64,000 nt of DNA from Clostridia bacterium. GTDB taxonomy: Bacteria > Bacillota > Clostridia > Monoglobales > Monoglobaceae. Made by a program: the position numbers and the translations under genes. How positions within the stretch are numbered: position 1 is the stretch's first letter; every line of letters starts with the position of its first letter. Positions 12,245 through 22,967 of this stretch are shown here, one piece after another. The notes below the pieces were generated by a model that worked only from the letters and a program-made list of their open reading frames with translations, did no database searches and was not told where the DNA came from. Where the stretch lies: contig JAGARO010000012.1 of the NCBI GenBank assembly GCA_017622215.1, positions 1,043 through 65,042 of the forward strand. The letters are read 5' to 3'.

Positions 12245-14581
12245 ATGAAAAAGAGATTATTGTTGGCGATGATTTTTGCCGTTGGAGTTTTAGTTTTTGG
12301 GGGTATGACTGTATCTGCGGCACAGAGTGGTAATCTTATATACGAGATATCCAATGGTGAGGTTACTATAACTGGATGTAGTTCTTCGGCGAGCGGTGCC
12401 ATTGTAATTCCAGAAACTATTGAGGGGTATCCTGTAACAAGCATAAGGAATTCTGCGTTTTATGATTGTAATGGAATAACAAGTATAGAAATTCCGGACA
12501 GTGTAACGGAAATAGAAGGTAATGCGTTTGAAAATTGTACAAGTTTAACAAGTATAACGATCCCAAACAGTGTAACGTACATAGGAAGTAGTGCGTTTTC
12601 TAATTGTACAAGTTTAGCAAGTATAACGCTCCCAAACAGTGTAACAGGAATATGGGATGATGAGTTTGCTGGATGTACAGGCTTAACAAGTATAGACATC
12701 CCAGACAGCGTAAGGTACATAGGGGAAAGTGCGTTTGAGAATTGTAAAAGGTTAGCAAGCATAGAAATTCCTGACGGTGTAACAAGTATAAAGCGTAGAG
12801 CGTTTACTAATTGTACAAGCTTAGCAAGTATAATAATTCCAGACAGTGTAATGTACATGGGAGGTAGTGCGTTTTATAATACGAGATATTATAACGATAA
12901 AAATAATTGGGAAAATAACGCACTGTATATAGGAAAACATCTTATAAGTGTTAAAGAAGCTTCTGGTAATTATGTTATAAAAGATGGAACAATAACCATA
13001 GTAGTAGCTGCGTTTAAGAATTTTACAAGCTTGACAAGCATAGAAATACCGGACAGTGTATTAAGCATTGGGGATGATGCGTTTTATGGATGTACAGGCT
13101 TAACAAGTATAGACATCCCAGACAGCGTAACGTACATAGGGGAAAGTGCGTTTGAGAACTGTACAAGGTTAGCAAGCATAGACATCCCAAACAGTGTAAC
13201 AAGTATAAAGAGTAGTGCGTTTGCTAATTGTACAAGCTTAACAAGTATAATAATTCCAGACGGTGTAACAAGCATAGGGGATCAGGCGTTTTATAATTGT
13301 ACAAGCTTGACAAGCATAGAAATTCCAGAAAGTGTAACGAAAATAGGAAGTAGTGCGTTTTATAATTGTACAGGCTTAGCAAGTATAGAAATTCCAGAAA
13401 GTGTAACAAGCATTGGGATTATTGCGTTTTCTGGATGTACAGGTTTGACTAATATAACTGTTGATGAGGATAATGCTGTATATTCTTCGGAAAATGGTTT
13501 GTTATTGAGTAAAGATAAGACAACTTTAGTTGTATGTCCAAATGGGTTAACAAATGTAACAATCCCAGACAGTGTAACAACCATAGGGGAATGGGCGTTT
13601 TCTGGTTGTACAAGCTTAGCAAGTATTGAAATACCGGATAGTGTAACAAGCATAGGGGATTATGCGTTTAGAGATTGTACAAGCTTGACAAGCATAGAAA
13701 TACCGGATAGTGTAACAACAATAGGGAAATGGGCGTTTTCTGGTTGTACAAGCTTAGCAAGTATTGAAATACCGAATAGTGTAACAAGCATAGGGGATTA
13801 TGCGTTTTATGGATGTACAAGCTTAACAAATATAACTGTTGATGAGGACAATACCGTCTATTCTTCGGAAAATGGTTTGTTATTAAACAAAGATAAGACG
13901 ACTTTGCTTGCATATCCAGGAGGTTTAACAAGTGTTGAAATCCCAGGCAGTGTAACATACATAGAAAATTGTGCGTTTTATAATTGTACAAGTTTAACAA
14001 GTATAACGATCCCAAACAGTGTAACGTACATAGATAGTAGTGTGTTTAGAGGATGTACAAGTTTAACAAGTATATACATCCCAAATAGTGTAACCCGCAT
14101 AGGAAGTTATGCGTTTTGTGAATGTGAGAGCCTTTCCGATGTATATTACACAGGTACAGAAGAGGAATGGAACATGATAGTGATAGGATACTACAATGAG
14201 CCTCTTTTTAATGCGACTATTCACTTTAATTATGGTCAGGAGCTACCTGTTGAGTACATAATCAATTCAATAACTGTAAAGGATGTTTCGGGAAATGAAC
14301 TTGATGTTATTCCTACAGGTAGATTCTATGCTACTATTTCATTTACTAATGTGAGTTCAGGTCCTGATACCGTAATCAGCTTTGCGCAATATACTAATGA
14401 TGGCACATTAAAGGGATTATTTTACGTGAGCACTGAAGGTGTGAATCCTGGTGCTACATTAAAATATACAATTCCTATGGATAATACTGATGGTAAAATT
14501 ACACAGCTTAAGGCACTTTGCTGGACAGATTTTGTCTCAATGACTCCTCTTGGAAAAGCTGTAGTTTTTCCTAATAAATAA
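12245..14581 (+). CDS. secreted leucine-rich-repeat protein (BspA-like)
   Basis: 778 aa. Signal peptide ...GGMTVSA/AQ. About 20 units of the 23-aa consensus IPDSVTSIGDYAFxxCTSLTSIE. A C-terminal non-repeat domain of about 140 aa. No LPXTG or other anchor was seen. Confidence 0.85.
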   Translation: MKKRLLLAMIFAVGVLVFGGMTVSAAQSGNLIYEISNGEVTITGCSSSASGAIVIPETIEGYPVTSIRNSAFYDCNGITSIEIPDSVTEIEGNAFENCTSLTSITIPNSVTYIGSSAFSNCTSLASITLPNSVTGIWDDEFAGCTGLTSIDIPDSVRYIGESAFENCKRLASIEIPDGVTSIKRRAFTNCTSLASIIIPDSVMYMGGSAFYNTRYYNDKNNWENNALYIGKHLISVKEASGNYVIKDGTITIVVAAFKNFTSLTSIEIPDSVLSIGDDAFYGCTGLTSIDIPDSVTYIGESAFENCTRLASIDIPNSVTSIKSSAFANCTSLTSIIIPDGVTSIGDQAFYNCTSLTSIEIPESVTKIGSSAFYNCTGLASIEIPESVTSIGIIAFSGCTGLTNITVDEDNAVYSSENGLLLSKDKTTLVVCPNGLTNVTIPDSVTTIGEWAFSGCTSLASIEIPDSVTSIGDYAFRDCTSLTSIEIPDSVTTIGKWAFSGCTSLASIEIPNSVTSIGDYAFYGCTSLTNITVDEDNTVYSSENGLLLNKDKTTLLAYPGGLTSVEIPGSVTYIENCAFYNCTSLTSITIPNSVTYIDSSVFRGCTSLTSIYIPNSVTRIGSYAFCECESLSDVYYTGTEEEWNMIVIGYYNEPLFNATIHFNYGQELPVEYIINSITVKDVSGNELDVIPTGRFYATISFTNVSSGPDTVISFAQYTNDGTLKGLFYVSTEGVNPGATLKYTIPMDNTDGKITQLKALCWTDFVSMTPLGKAVVFPNK
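12407..14145 (+). repeat. about 20 tandem 69-bp coding repeats (LRR units) with higher-order duplications
   Basis: Recurrent ccagacagtgtaac...tgtacaagcttaacaagtata blocks. Multi-unit blocks recur, for example 12670-12850 versus 13090-13270 and 13440-13660 versus 13810-13930. Confidence 0.85.
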
Positions 14582-14607
14582 TTTAACTAACTTTAATTAA
14601 ATAAACT

Positions 14608-14639
14608 ATCCCCTTGCGGTTTCGCAGGGGGATTTTTTT
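14608..14639 (+). terminator. rho-independent terminator (copy 2 of the duplicated module)
   Basis: Hairpin identical to 12132-12157, followed by T7. Confidence 0.8.
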
Positions 14640-14647
14640 GTTTGGGA

Positions 14648-14676
14648 TTGTATATTTGGGGGATTTGTGGTATGAT
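14648..14676 (+). promoter_or_regulatory. sigma-A type promoter for the flavodoxin / Y-polymerase / yolD unit
   Basis: TTGTAT, a 17-nt spacer, then TATGAT. Aligns with the promoter at 12173-12201. Confidence 0.45.
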
Positions 14677-14755
14677 AGGATTGATATTAAATAAAATTGT
14701 AAGAGGGAAATTTATTACTCTCATGATAGATTATAATTAAATTGGAGGTTTTGGT

Positions 14756-15283
14756 ATGAATGGAGTAGTTATTTACAAAACTAAATATGGTTCAACTAAA
14801 CAATACGCTCTCTGGATTGGCGAGGAGCTGGGTTTTAATGTGGTTGAATCAAAGGAAATTACCATAGATGAGCTTGAAAATTACGATACAATTATCTACG
14901 GCGGAGGGCTTTATGCTGAAATTATAAACGGCGCAAGTCTTATTACCAAAAACATTGACAGGCTTAAGGATAAGAAGATTGCTATATACTCAACAGGAAT
15001 TACCCCTCTTGATTGCAGGGACTATTACGACAAGTATGTTATTGAAAAGAATTTTAAGGCTGGCGTTCCTGAAAATATCAGGATTTTCAATTTTACGGGG
15101 AAAATGATTTTGGAGGAGCTATCGGTAGTTCACAGGACTGCTCTTAAATCACTGAAAAAGATTATGGCGTCTAAAAAAGAGCCTACTGAAATGGAGAAGT
15201 TACTTATTGAGCTTTGTGATGCTGACGGAGATTTCAGCGACAAAAATCAGATTGGCGAACTTATTGAATATATAAAGAGTTAA
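14756..15283 (+). CDS. flavodoxin-domain protein
   Basis: N-terminal VVIYKTKYGSTKQYA FMN-loop-like motif. 175 aa. Confidence 0.65.
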   Translation: MNGVVIYKTKYGSTKQYALWIGEELGFNVVESKEITIDELENYDTIIYGGGLYAEIINGASLITKNIDRLKDKKIAIYSTGITPLDCRDYYDKYVIEKNFKAGVPENIRIFNFTGKMILEELSVVHRTALKSLKKIMASKKEPTEMEKLLIELCDADGDFSDKNQIGELIEYIKS

Positions 15284-15316
15284 TTTTATCAGAAATTTCG
15301 TAGAGGAGGTGGAGAA

Positions 15317-16576
15317 ATGGAGGAAAGGTTTTATCTTTGTATTGACCTAAAGAGCTTTTATGCGTCAGTTGAGGCTGTGGAAAGAGGTCTTGACCCTTTT
15401 AAGACAAACCTTGTGGTTGCTGACCCCTCAAGAGGCGAGGGGGCTATTTGTCTTGCTATTTCTCCTGCAATGAAAGACCTTGGAATCCCTAACCGTTGCA
15501 GAGTTTTTGAAATTCCAAAGGGGCTTGACTATATTACTGCTGTGCCGAGGATGAAGCTGTATATGAAATATTCGGCGGACATTTACTCTGTTTACCTCCG
15601 TTTTATCAGCAAGGAGGACATCCACGTCTATTCCATTGACGAGTGCTTTTTTGACATTACTCACTACCTTAAAATGTATAACAAGTCCCCGAAGGAGCTT
15701 GCTGTTATGATTATTGACGAGGTGTACCGTGAGACTGGAATCTGTGCTACAGCAGGGATTGGGACAAATATGTTTCTGGCTAAACTTGCCCTTGATATTA
15801 CTGCAAAGCACTCCGAGGACCACATCGGTTACCTCGACGAAAACGAGTTTAAGAAAAATCTCTGGTTTCACAGACCCATAACTGATATCTGGGGTATTGG
15901 CCGTGGGATTGCAAAGCGTCTTGAACACTTTGGTATATTCGATTTATATGGTGTGGCGCACGCTGAGGAGAAGCTTTTATACAAGGAGTTCGGGGTGAAT
16001 GCGGAGATTTTAATTGACCATTCAAAAGGTCTTGAGCCTTGTACTATTGCTGATATTAAGGCTTTTAAGCCTACCACTACCTCCCTTTCCAATAGTCAGG
16101 TTTTATTCTCAAACTATGAGATTGAGGATGCGGGGCTTATCTTAAAAGAAATGGCGGAGCTTATGTCCCTTGAACTTGTGGATAACGGGCTTGTTACGAA
16201 CTCCATTTCATTAGGCATTATCTACTCCGACAGAAATCTTAGGTCCTCGGGGGCTACAAGAAAGCTTGATGAACACACAAGCTCCACAAGAAAACTTGAA
16301 AAGTATTTCCTTGACCTGTACTATGAGATTGTGAACAGAGATGCTTTAGTGCGGAAAATCAGCATTTCCGTAAATCGACTTGTGCCTGCTGACTTTGTTA
16401 ACATTGACTTTTTCTCGGAGTATATCGTTGACGAAAAGGAGAGAAAGAGGCAACAGGCTATCGTTAACATTCGCAAAAAATACGGAAAGAATTCTGTTAT
16501 AAAGGGAATGAATTTAAAGGATAAGGCTACGACCCTGAAGAGAAATAAAATGGTGGGAGGTCATAACGGTGGTTGA
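15317..16576 (+). CDS. Y-family DNA polymerase (UmuC/UvrX/YqjW-like)
   Basis: CIDLKSFYASVE and SIDECFFD catalytic motifs, plus a little-finger region. Confidence 0.85.
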   Translation: MEERFYLCIDLKSFYASVEAVERGLDPFKTNLVVADPSRGEGAICLAISPAMKDLGIPNRCRVFEIPKGLDYITAVPRMKLYMKYSADIYSVYLRFISKEDIHVYSIDECFFDITHYLKMYNKSPKELAVMIIDEVYRETGICATAGIGTNMFLAKLALDITAKHSEDHIGYLDENEFKKNLWFHRPITDIWGIGRGIAKRLEHFGIFDLYGVAHAEEKLLYKEFGVNAEILIDHSKGLEPCTIADIKAFKPTTTSLSNSQVLFSNYEIEDAGLILKEMAELMSLELVDNGLVTNSISLGIIYSDRNLRSSGATRKLDEHTSSTRKLEKYFLDLYYEIVNRDALVRKISISVNRLVPADFVNIDFFSEYIVDEKERKRQQAIVNIRKKYGKNSVIKGMNLKDKATTLKRNKMVGGHNGG

Positions 16577-16883
16577 GAGAGCTAAACAGTTTGCACCTTT
16601 TGCTGCACTTCGCGGATATTATGACTTGATTCGCGAGAGGGAAAGGGTTATTGTAGATAAAATTGAATTTCCTGAAGATATGACTGAAATTATTTCAAGA
16701 AAGCTTGGTCAGGTTGAAAAAGGGATGATGGTGGAGATTATTCACTATGCTGACGGAGAATATATTTCAACAAAGGGGATTGTGTCGGAGTTTGATACTA
16801 TTGGGCACAGTCTTACTATTGTTAAGACGAAGATTTTATTTGATGATATTTTTGATATTATCGGAGAAGAAATTGGAGAATAA
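16569..16883 (+). CDS. YolD-like protein
   Basis: 104 aa with FAPFAALRGY near the N-terminus. GTG start overlaps the polymerase stop by 8 nt. This is the typical partner of UvrX/YqjW-type polymerases. Confidence 0.65.
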   Translation: MVERAKQFAPFAALRGYYDLIRERERVIVDKIEFPEDMTEIISRKLGQVEKGMMVEIIHYADGEYISTKGIVSEFDTIGHSLTIVKTKILFDDIFDIIGEEIGE

Positions 16884-16884
16884 A

Positions 16885-16916
16885 AAAGGCGGTTCATAAA
16901 ATGAACCGCTTTATTT
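16885..16916. terminator. bidirectional terminator
   Basis: ggcggttcat-aaa-atgaaccgct flanked by an A-run and a T-run. Lies between the convergent yolD-like and GT2 genes. Confidence 0.7.
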
Positions 16917-18134
16917 TTTATTTGATTTATGTGGGGTGTGGAACCACTGGTTTGTGTTCTTTTTTACAACTGCATTTATGCCGATTGGTATCCATGAAAG
17001 CATCCACACTATAAAGCCTATAAAGTTTGTAAGTATCTTTACGCTCAGCTTTTTGTCTTCGTGTAGAACTGCCATAAACACAAGGAATGAAAGGATTAAA
17101 ACTGCGTCAAGGAGTATTCTCATTCCAAGTGGTGCCCACAGGTATGTAACAATTCCGCCTGCAAAGAAGAAGAGGAGTATTCTTACCGCCAGCATATAGA
17201 TAAGGGATGCTGAATGGAGGGAGTCTCCCCAGAAGTTCATTATCATATGAAGCGGAAGTACCTTTTTCTCTTTTATTGCTTTCTTGAAAAGCGGGAGAAT
17301 ATATCTTTTTGATACATCATTAAGGCCCTGTACCCAGCGTGTTCTCTGGTGCCATGAGGTTTCAACCCCAAGAGGCTTTTCGTCGTAGATGACTGCGTCG
17401 TGTGCCCAGCCAACCTTTATATCATTTAAGGCAAGCTTTAAGGTGAACTCTGCGTCTTCTGCAAGACAGGTTGCGCCCCAGCCATATTCCTTTATGAGAT
17501 TTACGGAAACGGCAAAACCTGTTCCGCCAAGTCTTGCACCGTACTTTAGGTTGTTTCGTGCAAGCTGTGAGCATCTGTTATTCAGCCAATACCAAAGTGA
17601 GTATGAAAAGGTCTGCATTGAGTCGTATGGGTTTTTGCTGTCGAGATAGCCCTGGACTGCCTCATAGCCCTCGTTCAGCTTATTATTCATACAACGGAGA
17701 AAGTCAGGCTTTACAAGGTTGTCTGCGTCAAAGACTGTGAAGAAATTATACTCTCTTTCAAGGCTCATTATATGATTAAAGGCATATTCGAGAGCATAGC
17801 CTTTGCCTCGTTTTTCTGTATCATTTCGGCGGATAACATTAACGCCCATTTCTTCGGCTATTTTACCTGTGTTGTCTGTGCAGTTATCTGCTACTATAAA
17901 AATATCATATTTATCTTTTGGATAGTCAAGCTCTTTCAGGCTCTCAATAAGGTCGCCTATAACCTCTTTTTCGTTATGGGCGGCAACCACTATTGCGAAG
18001 CTGTTTTCCTTTGATGAATTATTTGAGTGTCTGAATCTTATAAGGGAGAAACTTGATATATATAAATAATATATGGCTGCAAGAACTAACAAGGACTGTA
18101 TAATTCCTGACAGAATATAAAGAAAAGTAACCAT
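16911..18134 (-). CDS. family-2 glycosyltransferase, membrane-embedded processive type (PgaC/IcaA/NodC-like)
   Basis: N-terminal TM segment, VVAAHNE, DADN, the Q(R)xRW motif HQRTRW, and 4 C-terminal TM segments. Confidence 0.8.
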   Translation of the reverse strand: MVTFLYILSGIIQSLLVLAAIYYLYISSFSLIRFRHSNNSSKENSFAIVVAAHNEKEVIGDLIESLKELDYPKDKYDIFIVADNCTDNTGKIAEEMGVNVIRRNDTEKRGKGYALEYAFNHIMSLEREYNFFTVFDADNLVKPDFLRCMNNKLNEGYEAVQGYLDSKNPYDSMQTFSYSLWYWLNNRCSQLARNNLKYGARLGGTGFAVSVNLIKEYGWGATCLAEDAEFTLKLALNDIKVGWAHDAVIYDEKPLGVETSWHQRTRWVQGLNDVSKRYILPLFKKAIKEKKVLPLHMIMNFWGDSLHSASLIYMLAVRILLFFFAGGIVTYLWAPLGMRILLDAVLILSFLVFMAVLHEDKKLSVKILTNFIGFIVWMLSWIPIGINAVVKKNTNQWFHTPHKSNKK

Positions 18135-18254
18135 ATTTTCCTCCGTAAATTTTCAATCTTATACATTATATACCATATTTCTCTCTTTTTCAAGACATTT
18201 TTTGCTGGACAAATCTTCCATATTATATTATGATATAAGAGGTGGGTGAAATTT

Positions 18255-19601
18255 ATGAAAGAAAAGAATATTTTTGTCTGTTCCCAGTGTGGCAACGAGT
18301 TCCCGAAATGGATGGGAAAATGTACTGCCTGTGGGAGCTGGAACACTATTTATGAAGAAAAAATAAAGGTTTCTGTTAAGGGAAATGTTGCTCCAAAAGA
18401 TGCAGTATCTTTGCGTCTTGACGAGATTGATACTACCGCTGAAGAAAGACTTTTAACAGGGTTCCCTGAGCTTGACCGTGTACTAGGCGGTGGACTTGTT
18501 AAAGGCTCTCTTGTTTTAGTTGGGGGAGACCCCGGGATTGGTAAATCTACATTACTTCTTCAGGCCTGCGGAAAAATGGCTTCTGATTCAACCATACTCT
18601 ATGTATCGGGAGAAGAATCCCAAAGACAGATTAAGCTTCGTGCTGACAGGCTTTCCGTTAATTCTTCAAGCATCCACATTCTTTCTGAAACTGATATGTC
18701 TTCTGTATTTTCTGCAGTTGATAAAATTTCCCCTGATATTTTAATTATTGACTCTGTGCAGACCATGTACTGTGAGGACGTTGCATCGTCTTCAGGGTCT
18801 GTTTCACAGATTAAAGAGGTTGCAACAACTCTTATGAGGGTTGCAAAATCGAGAAACATTTCCGTGTTCCTTGTGGGACATGTTACAAAAGAGGGGGCTA
18901 TTGCCGGCCCTAAGGTTTTAGAGCATATTGTTGATACTGTTCTCTACTTTGAGGGGGAAAGGCATCAGGCATACAGAATTATAAGGGCTGTGAAAAACAG
19001 ATTTGGTTCGACTAACGAAATCGGCGTATTTGAAATGGGAGACGAGGGTCTTAAGGAAATTGAAAATCCATCCCAGGCTCTCCTTTCGGGACGGCCTGAC
19101 TACGCTCCCGGAACCTGCATAATCTGTGCAATGGAGGGCACAAGACCTGTGCTTGCAGAAATTCAGGCTCTGTGCTCCCAGACTTCTTTCGGAAACCCAC
19201 GAAGAATGACTACGGGGGTTGACGTAGGCAGGGCATTGATGCTACTTGCTGTTATAGAAAAAAGGGCGGGACTTCATATTTCCGCTGTGGATACATACAT
19301 AAATGTTGTAGGAGGACTTCGTCTTTTTGAGCCTGCCGTTGACCTCGGGGTTATTATGGCTGTGGCTTCAAGCTTTAAGAATACTCCTCTTGACAAGGGG
19401 CTTGTGGCTATCGGAGAGGTTGGACTTACAGGGGAAATACGCTCCTGCAGTTTCCTCCAACAGAGAGTTGCTGAGGCGGAAAAGCTGGGCTTTGAAAAAG
19501 TCCTTGTGCCTTACAACGACTATAAAAAGCTAAAGAAATTTGATAAAATTGAGGTTTGTCCTGTTAAAAATATTTACGAGGCAATCAACAATTTTATATA
19601 G
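18255..19601 (+). CDS. radA: DNA repair protein RadA
   Basis: Zn finger CSQCG...CTACGSWNT, Walker A GDPGIGKSTLLLQ, KNRFG, and a Lon-like C-terminal domain. Confidence 0.93.
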   Translation: MKEKNIFVCSQCGNEFPKWMGKCTACGSWNTIYEEKIKVSVKGNVAPKDAVSLRLDEIDTTAEERLLTGFPELDRVLGGGLVKGSLVLVGGDPGIGKSTLLLQACGKMASDSTILYVSGEESQRQIKLRADRLSVNSSSIHILSETDMSSVFSAVDKISPDILIIDSVQTMYCEDVASSSGSVSQIKEVATTLMRVAKSRNISVFLVGHVTKEGAIAGPKVLEHIVDTVLYFEGERHQAYRIIRAVKNRFGSTNEIGVFEMGDEGLKEIENPSQALLSGRPDYAPGTCIICAMEGTRPVLAEIQALCSQTSFGNPRRMTTGVDVGRALMLLAVIEKRAGLHISAVDTYINVVGGLRLFEPAVDLGVIMAVASSFKNTPLDKGLVAIGEVGLTGEIRSCSFLQQRVAEAEKLGFEKVLVPYNDYKKLKKFDKIEVCPVKNIYEAINNFI

Positions 19602-19616
19602 AACTTGGGTGATTTT

Positions 19617-20294
19617 ATGAATACTGCCATTATTGTTGCAGGGGGCAACAGTACAAGGTTTGGTCAGGATAAACAGTTCTTTGAAATAAAGAAAATTCCT
19701 GTTTTAATCAGGACTTTACTTGCCTTTGACTGTTCAGCTTTAATTGATAATATTGTTGTTGTTACAAAGGAAGAAAATTTTTCTTCACTTGGGGAGCTTA
19801 TTTCGGAATATGAAATTAAAAAGCCTGTAAAAATGGTTGCAGGAGGAGATACAAGGCAGAGGTCTGTTATGAACGGACTTATGGCGTCAGAGGGCTCAAC
19901 TATTGTTGCAATTCACGACGGGGCAAGGCCTTTTGTATCGGCATCTGATATAGACGCTCTGGTGGATAAGGCTGGTGAATGTGGGGCTATTGCACCTGCT
20001 GTAACTATCCCTGATACCGTTATTGAAGTTTCGGGGGATAAGCTATTGAGCGTGGCTGACAGAGATAAGCTACGTTTAATTCAGACGCCTCAGGTTTTTG
20101 AATATGAAAAAATACTTTCGGCTCATAAAAAGGCAGAGGGGGACGGCTTTGTTGGCACTGATGACTGCTCTTTAATCAGGTATTTGGGAGGAGAAGTTGT
20201 GATTGCTGAGGGTAATCCTCACAACATAAAAATCACTTCCTTTGAAGATGTGGAGAGGGCTGAATTTATATGCGAAAGGTTGGGAGAAATATGA
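19617..20294 (+). CDS. ispD: 2-C-methyl-D-erythritol 4-phosphate cytidylyltransferase
   Basis: [22 protein letters not shown] and IQTPQ motifs. Confidence 0.9.
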   Translation: MNTAIIVAGGNSTRFGQDKQFFEIKKIPVLIRTLLAFDCSALIDNIVVVTKEENFSSLGELISEYEIKKPVKMVAGGDTRQRSVMNGLMASEGSTIVAIHDGARPFVSASDIDALVDKAGECGAIAPAVTIPDTVIEVSGDKLLSVADRDKLRLIQTPQVFEYEKILSAHKKAEGDGFVGTDDCSLIRYLGGEVVIAEGNPHNIKITSFEDVERAEFICERLGEI

Positions 20295-20764
20295 GAATAG
20301 GTTTTGGATATGACGTTCACAAGCTCTGTGAAAACAGAAAGCTTATACTTGGGGGAGTAAATGTCCCTCATACTCTCGGTCTTATGGGACACTCTGACGC
20401 TGATGTGCTTATTCACGCTGTTATGGATGCACTTTTGGGGGCGGCTGCTCTCGGGGACATCGGAAAGTTGTTTCCTGATACTGACAATTCTTTTAAGGAT
20501 ATTGACTCGATGATACTTCTTAAAAAGGTGGGGGAAGTGTTAGCTGAAAAAGGATATTCTATTGGAAATATTGACTCTACTGTTGCGGCACAGAAACCTA
20601 AGCTTGCACCGTACATTGAGCAGATGAGAAAGAATATTGCAGATTGTTTAGGCGTTGACTTGGACACTGTTTCAGTTAAGGCTACTACAACTGAAAAACT
20701 TGGCTTTGAAGGCAGAGAAGAAGGGATTTCAGCATACGCTGTTTGCACAATCCTGCCGAAATAA
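20291..20764 (+). CDS. ispF: 2-C-methyl-D-erythritol 2,4-cyclodiphosphate synthase
   Basis: [12 protein letters not shown] and [11 protein letters not shown] motifs. ATGA overlap with ispD. Confidence 0.93.
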   Translation: MRIGFGYDVHKLCENRKLILGGVNVPHTLGLMGHSDADVLIHAVMDALLGAAALGDIGKLFPDTDNSFKDIDSMILLKKVGEVLAEKGYSIGNIDSTVAAQKPKLAPYIEQMRKNIADCLGVDLDTVSVKATTTEKLGFEGREEGISAYAVCTILPK

Positions 20765-20827
20765 AAGATATTTTGAGATAATTGGAAATAATTGGTCCTA
20801 ATCCTTTGTAATTCACTGTGGTTGGAC

Positions 20828-20856
20828 TTGAATATTTTGTAAAAAGTGGGTATTAT
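20828..20856 (+). promoter_or_regulatory. sigma-A type promoter of groESL
   Basis: TTGAAT, a 17-nt spacer, then TATTAT, immediately upstream of CIRCE. Confidence 0.5.
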
Positions 20857-20864
20857 ATAAATTG

Positions 20865-20891
20865 TTAGCACTCTATGGTGATGAGTGCTAA
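20865..20891 (+). promoter_or_regulatory. CIRCE operator (HrcA binding site)
   Basis: TTAGCACTC-N9-GAGTGCTAA, a perfect match to the consensus. Confidence 0.92.
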
Positions 20892-20901
20892 AATGAGTTA
20901 G

Positions 20902-21213
<312 letters not shown>

Positions 21214-21226
21214 TCAGGAGGTATAG

Positions 21227-22861
<1,635 letters not shown>

Positions 22862-22871
22862 AGATTTTTTT

Positions 22872-22901
22872 AAAGGCTCTCCTTTCGGGGAGTCTTTTTT
22901 T
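22872..22901 (+). terminator. rho-independent terminator after groEL
   Basis: ggctctcc-tttc-ggggagtc followed by a T-run. Confidence 0.7.
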
Positions 22902-22967
22902 GTGGGAAAAATTTTGTCCTTTTATTTACTTTTTGGAAATATTATGTTATAATTGCCCCTTGAGAGG

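Noticed and set aside
12460-14015. A stack of long minus-strand ORFs (61-132 aa) inside the LRR gene.
   Set aside because: They are antisense shadows of the 69-bp coding repeat. The repeat unit simply lacks stop codons in the antisense frames. They have no RBS or start-codon context, they are repetitive among themselves, and the + strand ORF has a signal peptide and a coherent LRR consensus.
14582-15316. A LexA/Cheo box (GAAC-N4-GTTC type) upstream of the Y-family polymerase cassette.
   Set aside because: I found no such palindrome by eye in either the flavodoxin upstream region or the 33-nt flavodoxin-polymerase spacer.
20775-20800. The direct repeat ataattgg-N3-ataattgg upstream of the groES promoter as an extra operator.
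   Set aside because: It is short and AT-rich, and the CIRCE element already explains regulation. There is no supporting evidence.
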